From positions 11,098,878-11,162,877 of the forward strand of contig NW_002060943.1 of NCBI RefSeq assembly GCF_000150275.1: 64,000 nucleotides of DNA, in the 5' to 3' direction. The position numbers and the translations under genes are program-made. The first letter of the stretch is position 1, and every line of letters starts with the position of its first letter. Origin of the DNA: Trichoplax adhaerens. Lineage: Eukaryota; Animalia; Placozoa. Positions 40,801 to 52,320 of the stretch are shown here, in pieces. Under the pieces are notes generated by a model. That model was given only the letters and a program-made list of their open reading frames with translations. It searched no databases and was not told the origin of the DNA.

Positions 40801-43800
40801 TATATTATAAAGTTTTGGAATAGTGAGTAATAATTAACAGGTAACACAAATATAAAGTCAAGTACACTGAGCTCGAATTGAAGAGAAGAGTAGTTCAAAC
40901 TCCTACCTGCACTTCTTAAATATGCTTAAATCAATTTATTTACGGCAACAAAGTTGCTTGCAATTAGACTTGAGCCATCAAATAAAAGGCTTCTCTTCAA
41001 GTTGATAATCGATATATTTTACCGTGGGTATCCACTGGATTAAGATATTATTGCTTTTCTAATACTCTCCAATGTCGAACATCTTCACAATTTCAGTACA
41101 ATAATTATTATAGTCCTTGTACCATACTTATTTAACCGACTACTATTAGTATTTAACATTGCCTAATTATATTCTCATTAAAGGCGAATAAGTACAGTTA
41201 TAATAGATTTCTCATTTTAAAAAAATTTTTAGATTGGTTATTAAAGACCTATTGATTTTATTGCCGTTACTTGGCTCTGGATGGGTATTGGCATGTCTAG
41301 TCTTTATAACTAACAATGTTATAATGCAATATCCATTTGCAATAGTGAACTCTTTACAGGTAATCAGTAAACTATACAGACTATTAAATACGATCAGCGA
41401 ATGTGATCTTGCTTATTAATATCTGTGATATCGTCCGTGTCTAATGTGGGTTTTTAATGAAATTTAAAGCCTCTAACTATACTTTAACAAAAGCTATTTG
41501 GTTATCCTTAGGGATTCTTTATATTTATATTCCACTGCGTAAGAAGTGAAAAGGTTTGTAGGAAGTAGATTCGACAATAATAATTTATAATTTGAAATAA
41601 CATTCTACTTTATCGGGGATGATGTTAGTTACAAATAATTAAATTACTTAAATAATATCTATAGTATCGTTAGGATTAATAGCCTAATAGTATTCTGGTA
41701 GAAGATCTGTCGTAATATCCGTTGTAGTCTAGTTCTAGACTATCCCACATTATTAAGTGTATATATTCGAATAGTATGTTACTCCGGTACCGTAGCATTT
41801 TATGATTGGTTCAGTGATTGAATAAGTATAATATGAAAGCTGCTTTACTTACAAACATACTTGGAAATAAATTGTAAGGCACAAGTCGGCACATTTGATA
41901 GCAAACATATTTTAAGACCAGTTTTAATCTTCAATTCTATATTCTGCTATCGTACTATTTCCTATTATAATTGAGTATATACTACTCAATGATACTCTAA
42001 TAATTTTACATGGAGTTTATTTTGAGAGCTAGTAAAGGATGAAATAGCTTTATTCACACTTTCTGTTTTATACAATATACCAAGATACGAACAAAAATAA
42101 AACCACTCATTCTGTAGTGTCTTTGTTAAAGCACTTTGTAGTAAATGCATCTGTATAGCTAAATATTTATGGCAAAGTATTAATTCCAAGCTGACTCTTT
42201 CTATATACTCACTACTGCATAAATATGTGCTGTAATTGCAGATTAAAAAACTATAGTTTTAAATCATCAAGTACCGCATAGCACGCTGCAATTGCCCTCA
42301 TAGGCTATAATAACTTTATTATAATATCATGAACGAGTTTGGGTAAGGCCAGTTAGGACTCCTCCATTCCTAAATATCTAATTCACTTCTTTTTGTATAA
42401 AGGTAAAGAAAGCATGGACTACCAGGAAAGTTAAGCGAATGAGAATAAAAACTGATATTGCAAGGTACAATAGATAAAATTGATGTAATACACCGTATTG
42501 AGTTAGTAAATTACTAACGATGAAACGATTTTATCGACAGCTATAAATTCTAACACTTAAATAATAAGTATCAAAAAAGATGAATAGCTATGAATTGAAA
42601 TGCTACTTATGGTTAGTGTTAAGCTTATTCTTATTTTAAAACAAAATTTAGAAAGCATCAAGGGCTTAGCACGCCTCAAATGACCCCTAAATCGACAACC
42701 AAATCATCGTAAGTTACATATATATAATCAGTTACAAAGGATACCACAGTTACAATTTATCTTTATTAGCAATTAGATACGACATGGATTTCATAAATAT
42801 ACAAAATTAAAAATATCTACGTTAGAAGTTTTCATTATAGTTATTTCTAAAAGATTTTAAAAAAGTAATGCTGGCACTTTTAGTAAGAGTAGTGCTTATA
42901 TTCATGCAAATTAAAGCTAATACAGACGCAATAAAATATTTAATGTTTAATTAGATCAGTAGCAGCTTCTGAAGCTCGGAAATCGCATCTTCATGGAACA
43001 AAGTTTGTGCTTGAGATTGAAGATGCGGATGATGATTCCTTGCACAGTAATCCTCAAGTTGAGCTATCTAAAGAAACTACTAATCGGTACCTAACCACAG
43101 CTCCAGCCACTAAAAATAAGAGATTGGGCAGTACCGAAAGCCTTGACCAAAATTCTAATGACCATTTGTCTATTTCTCAATCACCTTTTCATCGGTCAGA
43201 AACTAGTTTAAGCCAACGATCACGAAATTCTATTAAAAGTGTCAATTCACCAAATGACGATGAAAATGAAGACACTGACAGATTGAGTCAGTCTAACAGT
43301 CATCAATCGCGACTTTCTATTAAAAGTACGCATTCGGATGATAGCGATAGATTGAATCGATCCAATAGTCAAAGCAGCTATAAAGCCAAGAATATTGATA
43401 TCGATCCAACTAATAACGCGAATGATGATGAAACTCCAGTTATTATTAGAAATCAAATGCTAACTTTAGACAAAAATACCAAAGATGGCCAACAAGCTAA
43501 CACCAATAATACCTATTCAATAGAAGTAACCAATTTAAATCCTGATATCAGTCGTCAAGATCTAGAAGATTACTTTCAAGCTTTCGGTGCAGTCATATCA
43601 GTAGGTCAAATTAATCGTAAAACAAATAATTTGGATGGTAGGGCTAGATTATTTACTACTGTTGTCCTTAAGCTTAGCGATACTATTGAAGCGTTATTAG
43701 AGCACAACCATATCATTAATGATTGCGTAATAGCAATCCACCATCATAGCAAGCCCAGTTCAGCTACTGATCAATATAGAGTTATTGTAACTGGTCTGAA

Positions 43801-44017
43801 TAAATCCATTTCCCGTGAAATGCTTCAAGCTAAATTCTCGGAATATGGCGAAATCAGTAATATTGAATTTGATAATATCTATTTTCCAACAAGTTGTTGT
43901 ATTACCTTTAATGATTTAAATTCTTATGAGCACGCTATTAGCAAGAGACATAGCCATATTGATGGGCGTCATCGAATATCTATTATGGCTTCAACAAGCG
44001 TTAATAGATTTTTCTAA
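34837..44017 (+). CDS. Adhesion GPCR 2: CUB - Ig - S/T stalk - HormR - GAIN/GPS - 7TM - Ser-rich tail - two RRM-like domains (5' start uncertain, possibly 32577)
   Basis: CUB exon 35061-35436 (IASPNFPDKYP...CAFDYV...FHSDSVN..TGFQLKY). Ig + HormR exon about 35798-36303 (LVC..FQWY...DSGIYTC). GPS WSNYGC...CHCDHL|THFAVL (39087-39110). 7TM motifs LHFALIASFMWMLVEG and LLPLLGSGWVL. TM7 exon 41512-41553, then 42403-42464, 42652-42708 and 42955-44017, all phase-compatible. Confidence 0.88.
43514..43995 (+). other. Tandem RRM-like domains within the terminal exon of adhesion GPCR 2
   Basis: RRM1: YSIEVTNLNPDISRQDLEDYFQAFGAVISV...HIINDCVIAI. RRM2: YRVIVTGLNKSISREMLQAKFSEYGEISNIEF...CCITFNDLNSYEHAISKRHSHIDGRHRISI. 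Confidence 0.8.
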
Positions 44018-46927
44018 ACAAGTTATTATTAAACTTCAGCAGGAGCTTATTTTTTATCTTACGTGCTATTTATCTAATTGGATTCACTTCATATCGATAA
44101 CAGGATTGATAAAATTGGTGTCTAATATCCAACTTGCATATAAAATTTTACGCTAGATCAATGCAAAATTTAATGTGATTTACGGTAAATGATTGATGTT
44201 AAACAGCTATGATAAAATAGCTATGATAAAATATGTTGATCATATTTTTTCCGATTCTATGTTGAGCAATGGTGGTAATTGAATCGATTACATTTTCGGC
44301 TTTTATAGGTAAAATAGTATCTTCACTAATCCAGTCCATATTATTGGTATTGTACTAATTCATTATTTTTTTAAGTACTACTTTTAAGATTCGGTATTAT
44401 GTGTACAGTAAATAGATTAATTAATGCTATCGTAGCTATCATATATTAGGAAACGTTATTTATCAAACATTTTGTTACAAGATTAAATAAAATATTGATC
44501 TGTTGGGATTGATATCATAGAAATCTTTCTCTATAACGCCTTTAAATACAGTAACCAATAATACATTGTTTTTTCGTTGATTATAAAACAACCAATTCAT
44601 CATTTATTGGAACTAAATTAAACAGTTCTAATACGCGTATTATTTTTAAAGCAAATTTTCCATCATTTTATCATTACTGAGTTATTACAAATTCGGGTTG
44701 ATACTTAGCATTATATAATCTACCGTAGTATGATATTAGTATTTATCGATAAAAATTAGAGCAGTGATGTACTGTACACTGCATTTATTTTGGTGTATTT
44801 GCACTCACTTGATAATTTGCCAGCAAGATATTCTTGTGGAATTATGTTTGCGTTATTACTGGAGTAAATACGATAGATTAATTTAATTCGGTAATCATGG
44901 TAGTAAGTATTGAGTCACCGTTTACTTGATTGTATCACATTATTGTATTGTGTAGTAGTATATTCTATATTTGTTATACACTGGCATTTTTGTTGTATCG
45001 GAGTTTACAAGGAAATATCTTTAAACTATTGCAATCTGTAGCTTACATTAATAATAAGTCGGTATTTTTCATGTTATTGAACTATGTACTAACTGTTAAT
45101 AATGCAATGATAAAATTGTCGTTATGCCTGTTATTTGTAATATTGCGTTTATTAATTTATTAAAAGGGTATTTATAGAAACTTTATCAATTCTATTAACT
45201 GACAGCAATTTAGTTAATGCGCAGAAAAAATACCTGTTTAGCAAAGTTGGCTGATAAGTTCATGATAGAAGCTTTCCTTCTGATTCCCTACGATTTTTTA
45301 TACAGTTTAAGTAAATAACAGTTTTTGACTAGCTTAAACTAATGTTAAGTTTGAAACAATTTAAGATGAGTTATTACCCTATGATTGAATGCTTCCTCCT
45401 AACCTGTTTATGCTATTTTGTTTTCAAGATCGTATATAAAGTACTTTAATAATGAAAAAAATTAATAGTAGAAAAAAGGTTTACGATTTCTATGTTCTGT
45501 GAGAGCGAATCATTCAATGAGCCATTCTAGAAGGGTAGTTTCGGAAGCGATGGTGACAGAAGAATACAATACTTTGTCACTTGCATAACTATGAAAGATA
45601 TACGTATATAAATATTTTGATAAAATGCGATTATTTCATTTCAGATACGGCATCTTTAAAAGGCAACATAAATTGATTTTATTATTATTTGTAAGATTCG
45701 GTAAAATTATTGATTCACTACCGGAAAACTATGATCTACTCATAATGTTTCTATTTTACGCGAATATAATAATCAAATCAATAAACACCTTTTTGCTATT
45801 TAACCTCTGAAATAGCAACCCAGAGGTTTATGCGAACAATTTTAATTCATAGCATTCATGAAGCAATTAATAAATCACCATAAGTATGAATTATTGGGTT
45901 TAGCTATTTATGGTATTTACGATCCCTCGTCATTGTCTATTAAATTTTTTTGCTACTTAGGACTATTATCGTGCATGCAATATTTAGCTATACAGATTTA
46001 ATCTTCATGCGAGTATATCCTATTCTGATATTATACTACACCATCATGCATGAATCTGATTAAGGCTGCAATATTTAGGTTAGCTTGAAACGTACTTTCA
46101 ATTTCTTCATCACGATCAAGTACACTAAATTTAATATGAATTTATTGATATGATAAATAAATCGGAATGATGGTAATCGGCTTAGTGCGGCATTGGCTTT
46201 ATACCAATAATTGATTCGATTTCATAGGTAATACAAATAAGGCGGTAAAAAAATAAATAGATATTACAATATTGTGGGAATAATTTATACAACAGATTTC
46301 GTGTATAGAATAACTGAAATTAGATGATGAATATTGATAATACTGTCCATGCTATGTCTGTTACTGATTGCAATACTAAAATGTCTATATAAACGGATTC
46401 AATTGCTAATCAAGCCAATATTAGTGAATCAAATTGTAATTTGTTATCATAATTAAAGATAATCGATGAATACTAATAGTGAGTGGGACATGTCGCTGGT
46501 CAACAAGTATACGATCTATTTAAACTCAAATCTGATTGAGCTTTCCAATTTAACCGATAGTTCTGCTGTAAGTTATAGAACCATATGTCATAAAGTTTAT
46601 CGTCAGTAATCTACCGTTTTTCATTAATTTCGTTTACTTTTAAACGTGGCTTAGTAACTCTACATAGAAAAATCGGTTTACTGATGATACTTAATATTAA
46701 ATTGCTGATATTATCATGGAAATTCTATCATAAGTTAAAGATAGAAAGATCTTTTGGTAAATATCAAGAGTATACGGGGTAGAAATTATTGAAATTCAGT
46801 CCTCATGAAATGCTATCAGGGACTATTGTAGCAATATAAAACTTCTCAATACTCTAGTAAAAACTATGTTAGTAAGCTATTAAAAGTATCATATTTCGTT
46901 ATATAAATTTTTATTATTACTGGTGTC

Positions 46928-49900
46928 CTATTTTCCCGCACTATGGATACTATTGACTTCTTCGATCATATTCATACTCTGTTGTAATAGATGAAAGATA
47001 TACAAATAAGAAAACAAATGAAAGCTAAAGGATAATTTCTACCTCTGTAATAGAAAGTTGATTCTTAAACTTACCCAAACGTAAAATGTCGCAGCTCCGG
47101 AGCTTAAGTCGCGAACTTTCTCAATATCTAGAGGCTAAGGGCAATACCATTAAATATTTTTAAAACAATACTCAAGAACATACTCGTATAATTTCAAGGA
47201 ACTACAGTACTGCCATGTGCTGCAATACCATACCTTTAATAACTGATATCCTCGATCAGCATTTTGTTCAGAGATGGTAACGGGATCAATTGTAGTTGTT
47301 TGCCTTTTGAGGCCTTCTTTTCCAGTTTTACCGATTAACGCTTGCAAATTTTTCCAATCTTGCAACCGTTTCTCTTTGTAACCAAGTAGGATATAGGTAG
47401 CAATCATGATATTATGGATATCGACATGCGGTTTTTGATAACTACGAATTTCAGCAACGGTACTCTATTGCAGAAGAGAGATAGAACAGTTCTTTCATAT
47501 CATATTCGTGTATTAACTAAACGCAATCGAAATTACGTGCAATTTCAAGTGCATTAGTCATGGCAATATTATCTCACTACACCGTATAGTTGATGGGGAG
47601 TGATTCTATTAACATATATTAGTTAGTGCCTTTGGATTTAAAGTACTCGTGTCACTGGGTTATACACGGAATGATATAGTCATGACGGAACTCTTTATTT
47701 TAACTATTTTTTATCGGATTGCTTGACAGTAATACTTTACCTGTTTTAAACTCAAAATTTCATGTCTCATCTTATCCAATCTTTTTAATCTTCCTAACAA
47801 ATCATTGGCTTGATTATATTCAGTTTGCAAGTCGGCAGTAAAGGTTGATTTCTTATACTTTTCAATCGCCGTCTCCAATTTAGGGATCTGCCTTTCATGT
47901 ACCGCCTGTTAATAATACGAGGATATGATAAAATATCACTTTTACTGTTATTGTAATACAATGTGAAGCATTAGAGCATCTTAAATTTGATACTAGAAAG
48001 AATGAACTATAGTAAATGCTAAAAGTTTTGTTCCGGTTAATATCGTGAAGCTTTATATTAGTTTTGTTACTGGAATGAATCTAGTAACATACTGTCACGG
48101 TGCGAACTACCGTGAAGAAATAGATATCTAAATTTGGTTAATATAATATAGTGATATTATATTACAACTAGTTACTTACAATAGGAATTACTCTAATTAT
48201 AAATGTGTTACAGTAAATTTATTGCTGTGCTGTAATGTGTGCTGAAATGATTCTGTGAATGGACATATTGTAGTCCGACTGTGAAAAACTAGTTAGTAGA
48301 TGTTCTCACTCAAGTATTTTTATAAGATGACTTGTGAATGTTAGCTGCTGTAGAAGGGTATATAAACCCGTCTGATAGTTGAATAAAGCAGTTCTCAATT
48401 GTATAGTTGTTTTAACGTAGAATCAAAGGCGTCTAAATTCTTGTGAGTAGGGATACTGAATCCCGGAGACTATAGAGATTTAGAGATTTGTTTTACGTTA
48501 TCCTTGTCACGAAGTTGGTTTGTGACATATACACATCAATTATTGGAATTAGATAGGCTTTTCTCAAACTAACATCGTAAGATTAGACACTTTTGGCAAT
48601 TTAATGCTATAGTAACAGTAGTTCAGTTAAATAAAATAAATAATCTGGTTATGATACCTTAAACTAATTATATAAAATATGTAGTAGCTAGTTTCCTAGT
48701 CTACTTACCAAATTTAGCTCGTTACGAAGCAGCCACATTTTTAACGTAGACTCAGCTTTTTGTATCAATTCGGAGCTATTTTCAATCTTCGCCTTTTTAA
48801 ATTCTTTTAAAGTAGTTCTCAATCGGTCGATATCATTCGATTTCATGGCAGACTTGAGTTGACTCGTTAATCTTTCTTCAGCTATTTTCCTAGCTTTCTC
48901 TAGAGCAATTCTTTCAGCCTCCAAAGCTGCTTTTTTAGCATCTTCGCTATCTGTATACAAAATGAAAGTAAATTTCAATTTTAGTAAGTTAAGGAATCAA
49001 TTTATGATGCAAATTCTCAATTTTCTTCAAATATGATAACTGATCTTAAACATCATTACCGGCTTTTAGTGCAGCTTCGGCAGCAATTTCAGCTTCTCTT
49101 TTGGCATCTGCTTCTGCATTTGCTGCTATCTCGGCTAACTTGTTCATTTCCTCAGTATCTAGTGTTTCCATGCTATTTAGGGATTCATTTTTCTGTTGCT
49201 CTTCAGCATTATACATTTCCTCTTCAAGTTGCTTCTGGGCCGCTTCTTCTTCTGCTTTCCTCTTTTCATCAGCAATACTTGCAGCTTCTTCTTGCTTTCT
49301 TTGTTCCTCAGCAATTCTTTCTGCTTCTTCTCTTTCTTTCTTTTGCTTTTCAGCAATTCTTTCTATTTCTTCTCTTTCTTTCCGTTGCTCTTCAGCAATC
49401 CTTTCTGCTTCTTCTCTTTCTTTCCGTTGCTCTTCAGCAATTCTTTCTGCTTCTTCTCTTTCTTTCCGTTGCTCTTCAGCAATTCTTTCCGCTTCTTCTC
49501 TTTCTTTCCTTTGCTCTTCAACAATTCTGTCGGCCTCTTCTTCTGCTTTCTTCTTTGCTTCAGCGATTCTTGCTACCTCTTGTGCCTCTTGTGCCTCTTT
49601 TCTTTTAAGTTCTTCTTCCTTAATTATAGATTCTAGTTCCCTAACCATGTTTTCACTCTCTGAATTGCTTTTTTTATCATTAACTGCTTCCTTAGTGCCA
49701 TTACTAGGTTGATTTTTCTCTCTCTCAGCGTTTTCATCAGATTCAATTTGCTTTAATTCTAACTCTAACACACTTTCCTTTTCTGGATAAATGATACAAT
49801 CAATTCGTTTGAGACGATAAATTAATGATAGATTTTGTGTTCTTTAGTCACTAATAGCTCTTTTGATTAGCTTAATCCTGATTTAGTTGTACTAACGAGA

Positions 49901-50985
49901 AAATTTCGATTACATTTGGAGTATCAATTTAAGATAGTAACATTCTAATGGCATCAATATATCAAATGAGAAAGAAATGAAAGAAAAGAAGCAATGTATA
50001 ACAATCACTTTAGTTCCAATAAGATGAGCTAGCTAAGAGTAACTCGAATTTCCTTTTACTTAACTCACTCTCACAGAATTAATAAACAGAATCTCGGAAC
50101 AGTGTCTAGAGAATGCATTTTTAGCTTACTGCCATATAGCTCGAGCATTACGATCATTTCAAGTGTCATTTATTTAACTAATAACTTGATACTACCGAAT
50201 TAATGAAAAATGAGATTCTTAAAACTAGGGCTACGGCACCCTTTTATCACCCGAGTATCGAAGAATCAACAAAATAATGATTCAAGCATGGTGAATAGAG
50301 TACCATTACTAACTTACTACCTTAGCACTCGTGTAACATTTACATCATAAATATACTTCGTTTAGTCTGACTAAAGCTAAACAGCTGCTTTCTTACAAAG
50401 AATGACGACTATAGTGTTTAGCTTATTTTTGTAGATAGAAACAATTTAGTAAACGCTCGTAAAGTTCATAGTAACGAGGAAAATTATACGAAAATCACTT
50501 TCATCAGTTCATAATTTACCTAAATTTTCTTGTATTTCTTCTTCAATATCTTGTTCTAATTGCTCTAGACTAGGTATATTGCACAAATCAACTTCGATTT
50601 CTTCAAATGCAATCATAGCTTCTGGCACTGGACGATTGGTTAAAAATTTTTTCCACTGCCTGTCATTAAAATAATCTTTATGGACAGCTTTCATTAAGAA
50701 TTGTGCTTCTGATATCTCGATTAAGCCCATTTTCCAATTGTCTAACAAAGTAAACTCCCAAACTAGATCTCGTCGTAGGTAGTAACGCCTATCCATCTCG
50801 TGTAAAACATCGAAGAAGGATAATTGACTACATGTATCTTCGCAAGTAATAGTGCGAATAGCTGCTTGAGTTTGACGAAGATTAAGCCCATCTAACCGAA
50901 TTCGTTGGTAAATATCTTGCATTTGTGTTGCAGTTATATCGTTATAGGATGTGATACCTAATTCCTTCCATTCTAGGCTATTCAT
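46928..50985 (-). CDS. EF-hand-like / charged coiled-coil protein with C-terminal dynein-stalk microtubule-binding-domain-like region; exons 50985-50520, 49782-49060, 48950-48709, 47905-47741, 47464-47234, 47134-47075, 46978-46928
   Basis: All junctions are GT-AG and phase-compatible. Degenerate EF-hand EFTLLDNWKMGLIEISEA; ERIAEEQRKEREEA repeats; C-terminus TVAEIRSYQKPHVDIHNIMIATYILLG...DWKNLQALI...DIEKVRDLSSGAATFYVWSMNMI. An acceptor at 50999 suggests a further 5' exon is possible. Confidence 0.8.
49285..49545 (-). repeat. Coding 42-bp tandem repeat (AERIAEEQRKEREE, about 6 copies)
   Basis: Repeated gcaattctttctgcttcttctctttctttccgttgctcttca on the + strand. Confidence 0.9.
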
Positions 50986-51299
50986 GATCAGTTCAGTTAC
51001 TATTTGGACAGTAAAAATATTACTTCATTAAAATTAATATCGAAAGGCTATAGACCAAGCCCAAATATCTAGAAATGATGATATTATTTTCTTGATTATT
51101 AACCTGTTAATATCTGGTAAGAAATTATTCCTATATAGTTAGCACGTTTATCATTGTTGTTGTTATATAACAGAATGTTTTAGTTGAAAGTGAAAGATTT
51201 AATGGTTGATTTAATGGTATCTTAACACGAATGGCTGTAGAAAACTTAAAGAATCCGATTGAATTTACTTTACTAGTACCAGGTAACTACGATATGACT

Positions 51300-52320
51300 A
51301 TATGATATAGAATCTGTAAAGGAATCCTCTTTAGAGATAATTTTAATTTTCATTGGATGCTTTAATAGTCAATTCCTGCTATTAAATGTATAACATGTAA
51401 ATACCCTGATTAAAGATGCTAGTGAACACTGCTGAATCTTCGTAACGTAAAACCTGGAATGGAATCTGCTACCGATTTTAAAGATTATGTCATGTCTTAT
51501 GAGATGATTTACTAGTGTATTCGCACTAAGGCCTGTATTACTTGTATAAAATCTGATTGAAGATGCTAGTAACTTTGATTAGACGATGTAAAATCTTAGA
51601 GAAACCATTTTAAGAGATATTTACTTGTTCTATTGGATGTTTTAATAGCGTATTCGCACTAATGATTGTATAACATGTACACGGCCTGATTGAAGTTACT
51701 TGTACCTAAAGGACGTATAACTAGATGAGGTTAAACCTAAAAAGAAATCGTTCTTAGGGATAAATTCATCTTTTATTGAACAATTTAAGAGTATATAAGC
51801 ACTATTGGCCGCATAACTCGTAAATGGCCTCGTTCAAGGTACTAATAAATACTGTATAGCTTTATATGGTTTTACGTAATAAAATTAGAAAGGGATCCAT
51901 TTTAGAGATAATCCCATCTTTCAAGGATCATTTAACAGTATACAGTATTTACACTAGTGGCTATGCAAATAGCCTGATTGAAAATATTAATAACTACTGT
52001 ATAACTCTATGTAGTAAAATTGGAAAGGATCCATTTAAGAGCTAGTTTTATCTTTTACTAAACGATTTAGCAGTATATCCACGCTAATAGCCGTATACCT
52101 AGCAAATAATGTGATCTAAAATACTAGTAACTACTATATAACTCCATAAATGGGTCGATTTTAAGAGATCATTTCATGTTTTATTGAATGATTTGTTAGT
52201 AGTGGCGATGATCGTATAACAAGCAAAAGAGCTTTATTGAAGATACTAGCAACTACTGAACGACTATGTGGTGCAAAATCCGAAGAGATATTTATTTTTA
52301 GAGACAAATTTTCGTTTCTG
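51300..52320. repeat. Degenerate tandem repeat, about 7 units of 125-147 bp
   Basis: A ctgattgaagatgctagt-like anchor recurs at about 51407, 51554, 51687, 51829, 51974, 52112 and 52234, with recurring ttttagagata and gtattcgcactaa-like segments. Confidence 0.7.

Noticed and set aside
43007-44017. Independent RRM protein gene
   Set aside because: The ORF starts at GTG, is preceded by a phase-compatible acceptor at 42955, and the upstream GPCR has no stop codon or alternative terminal exon before it. Fusion is the simpler model, pending transcript data.
49033-49712. Three plus-strand ORFs rich in F/L/S
   Set aside because: Antisense shadows of the E/K/R-rich coding exon on the minus strand.
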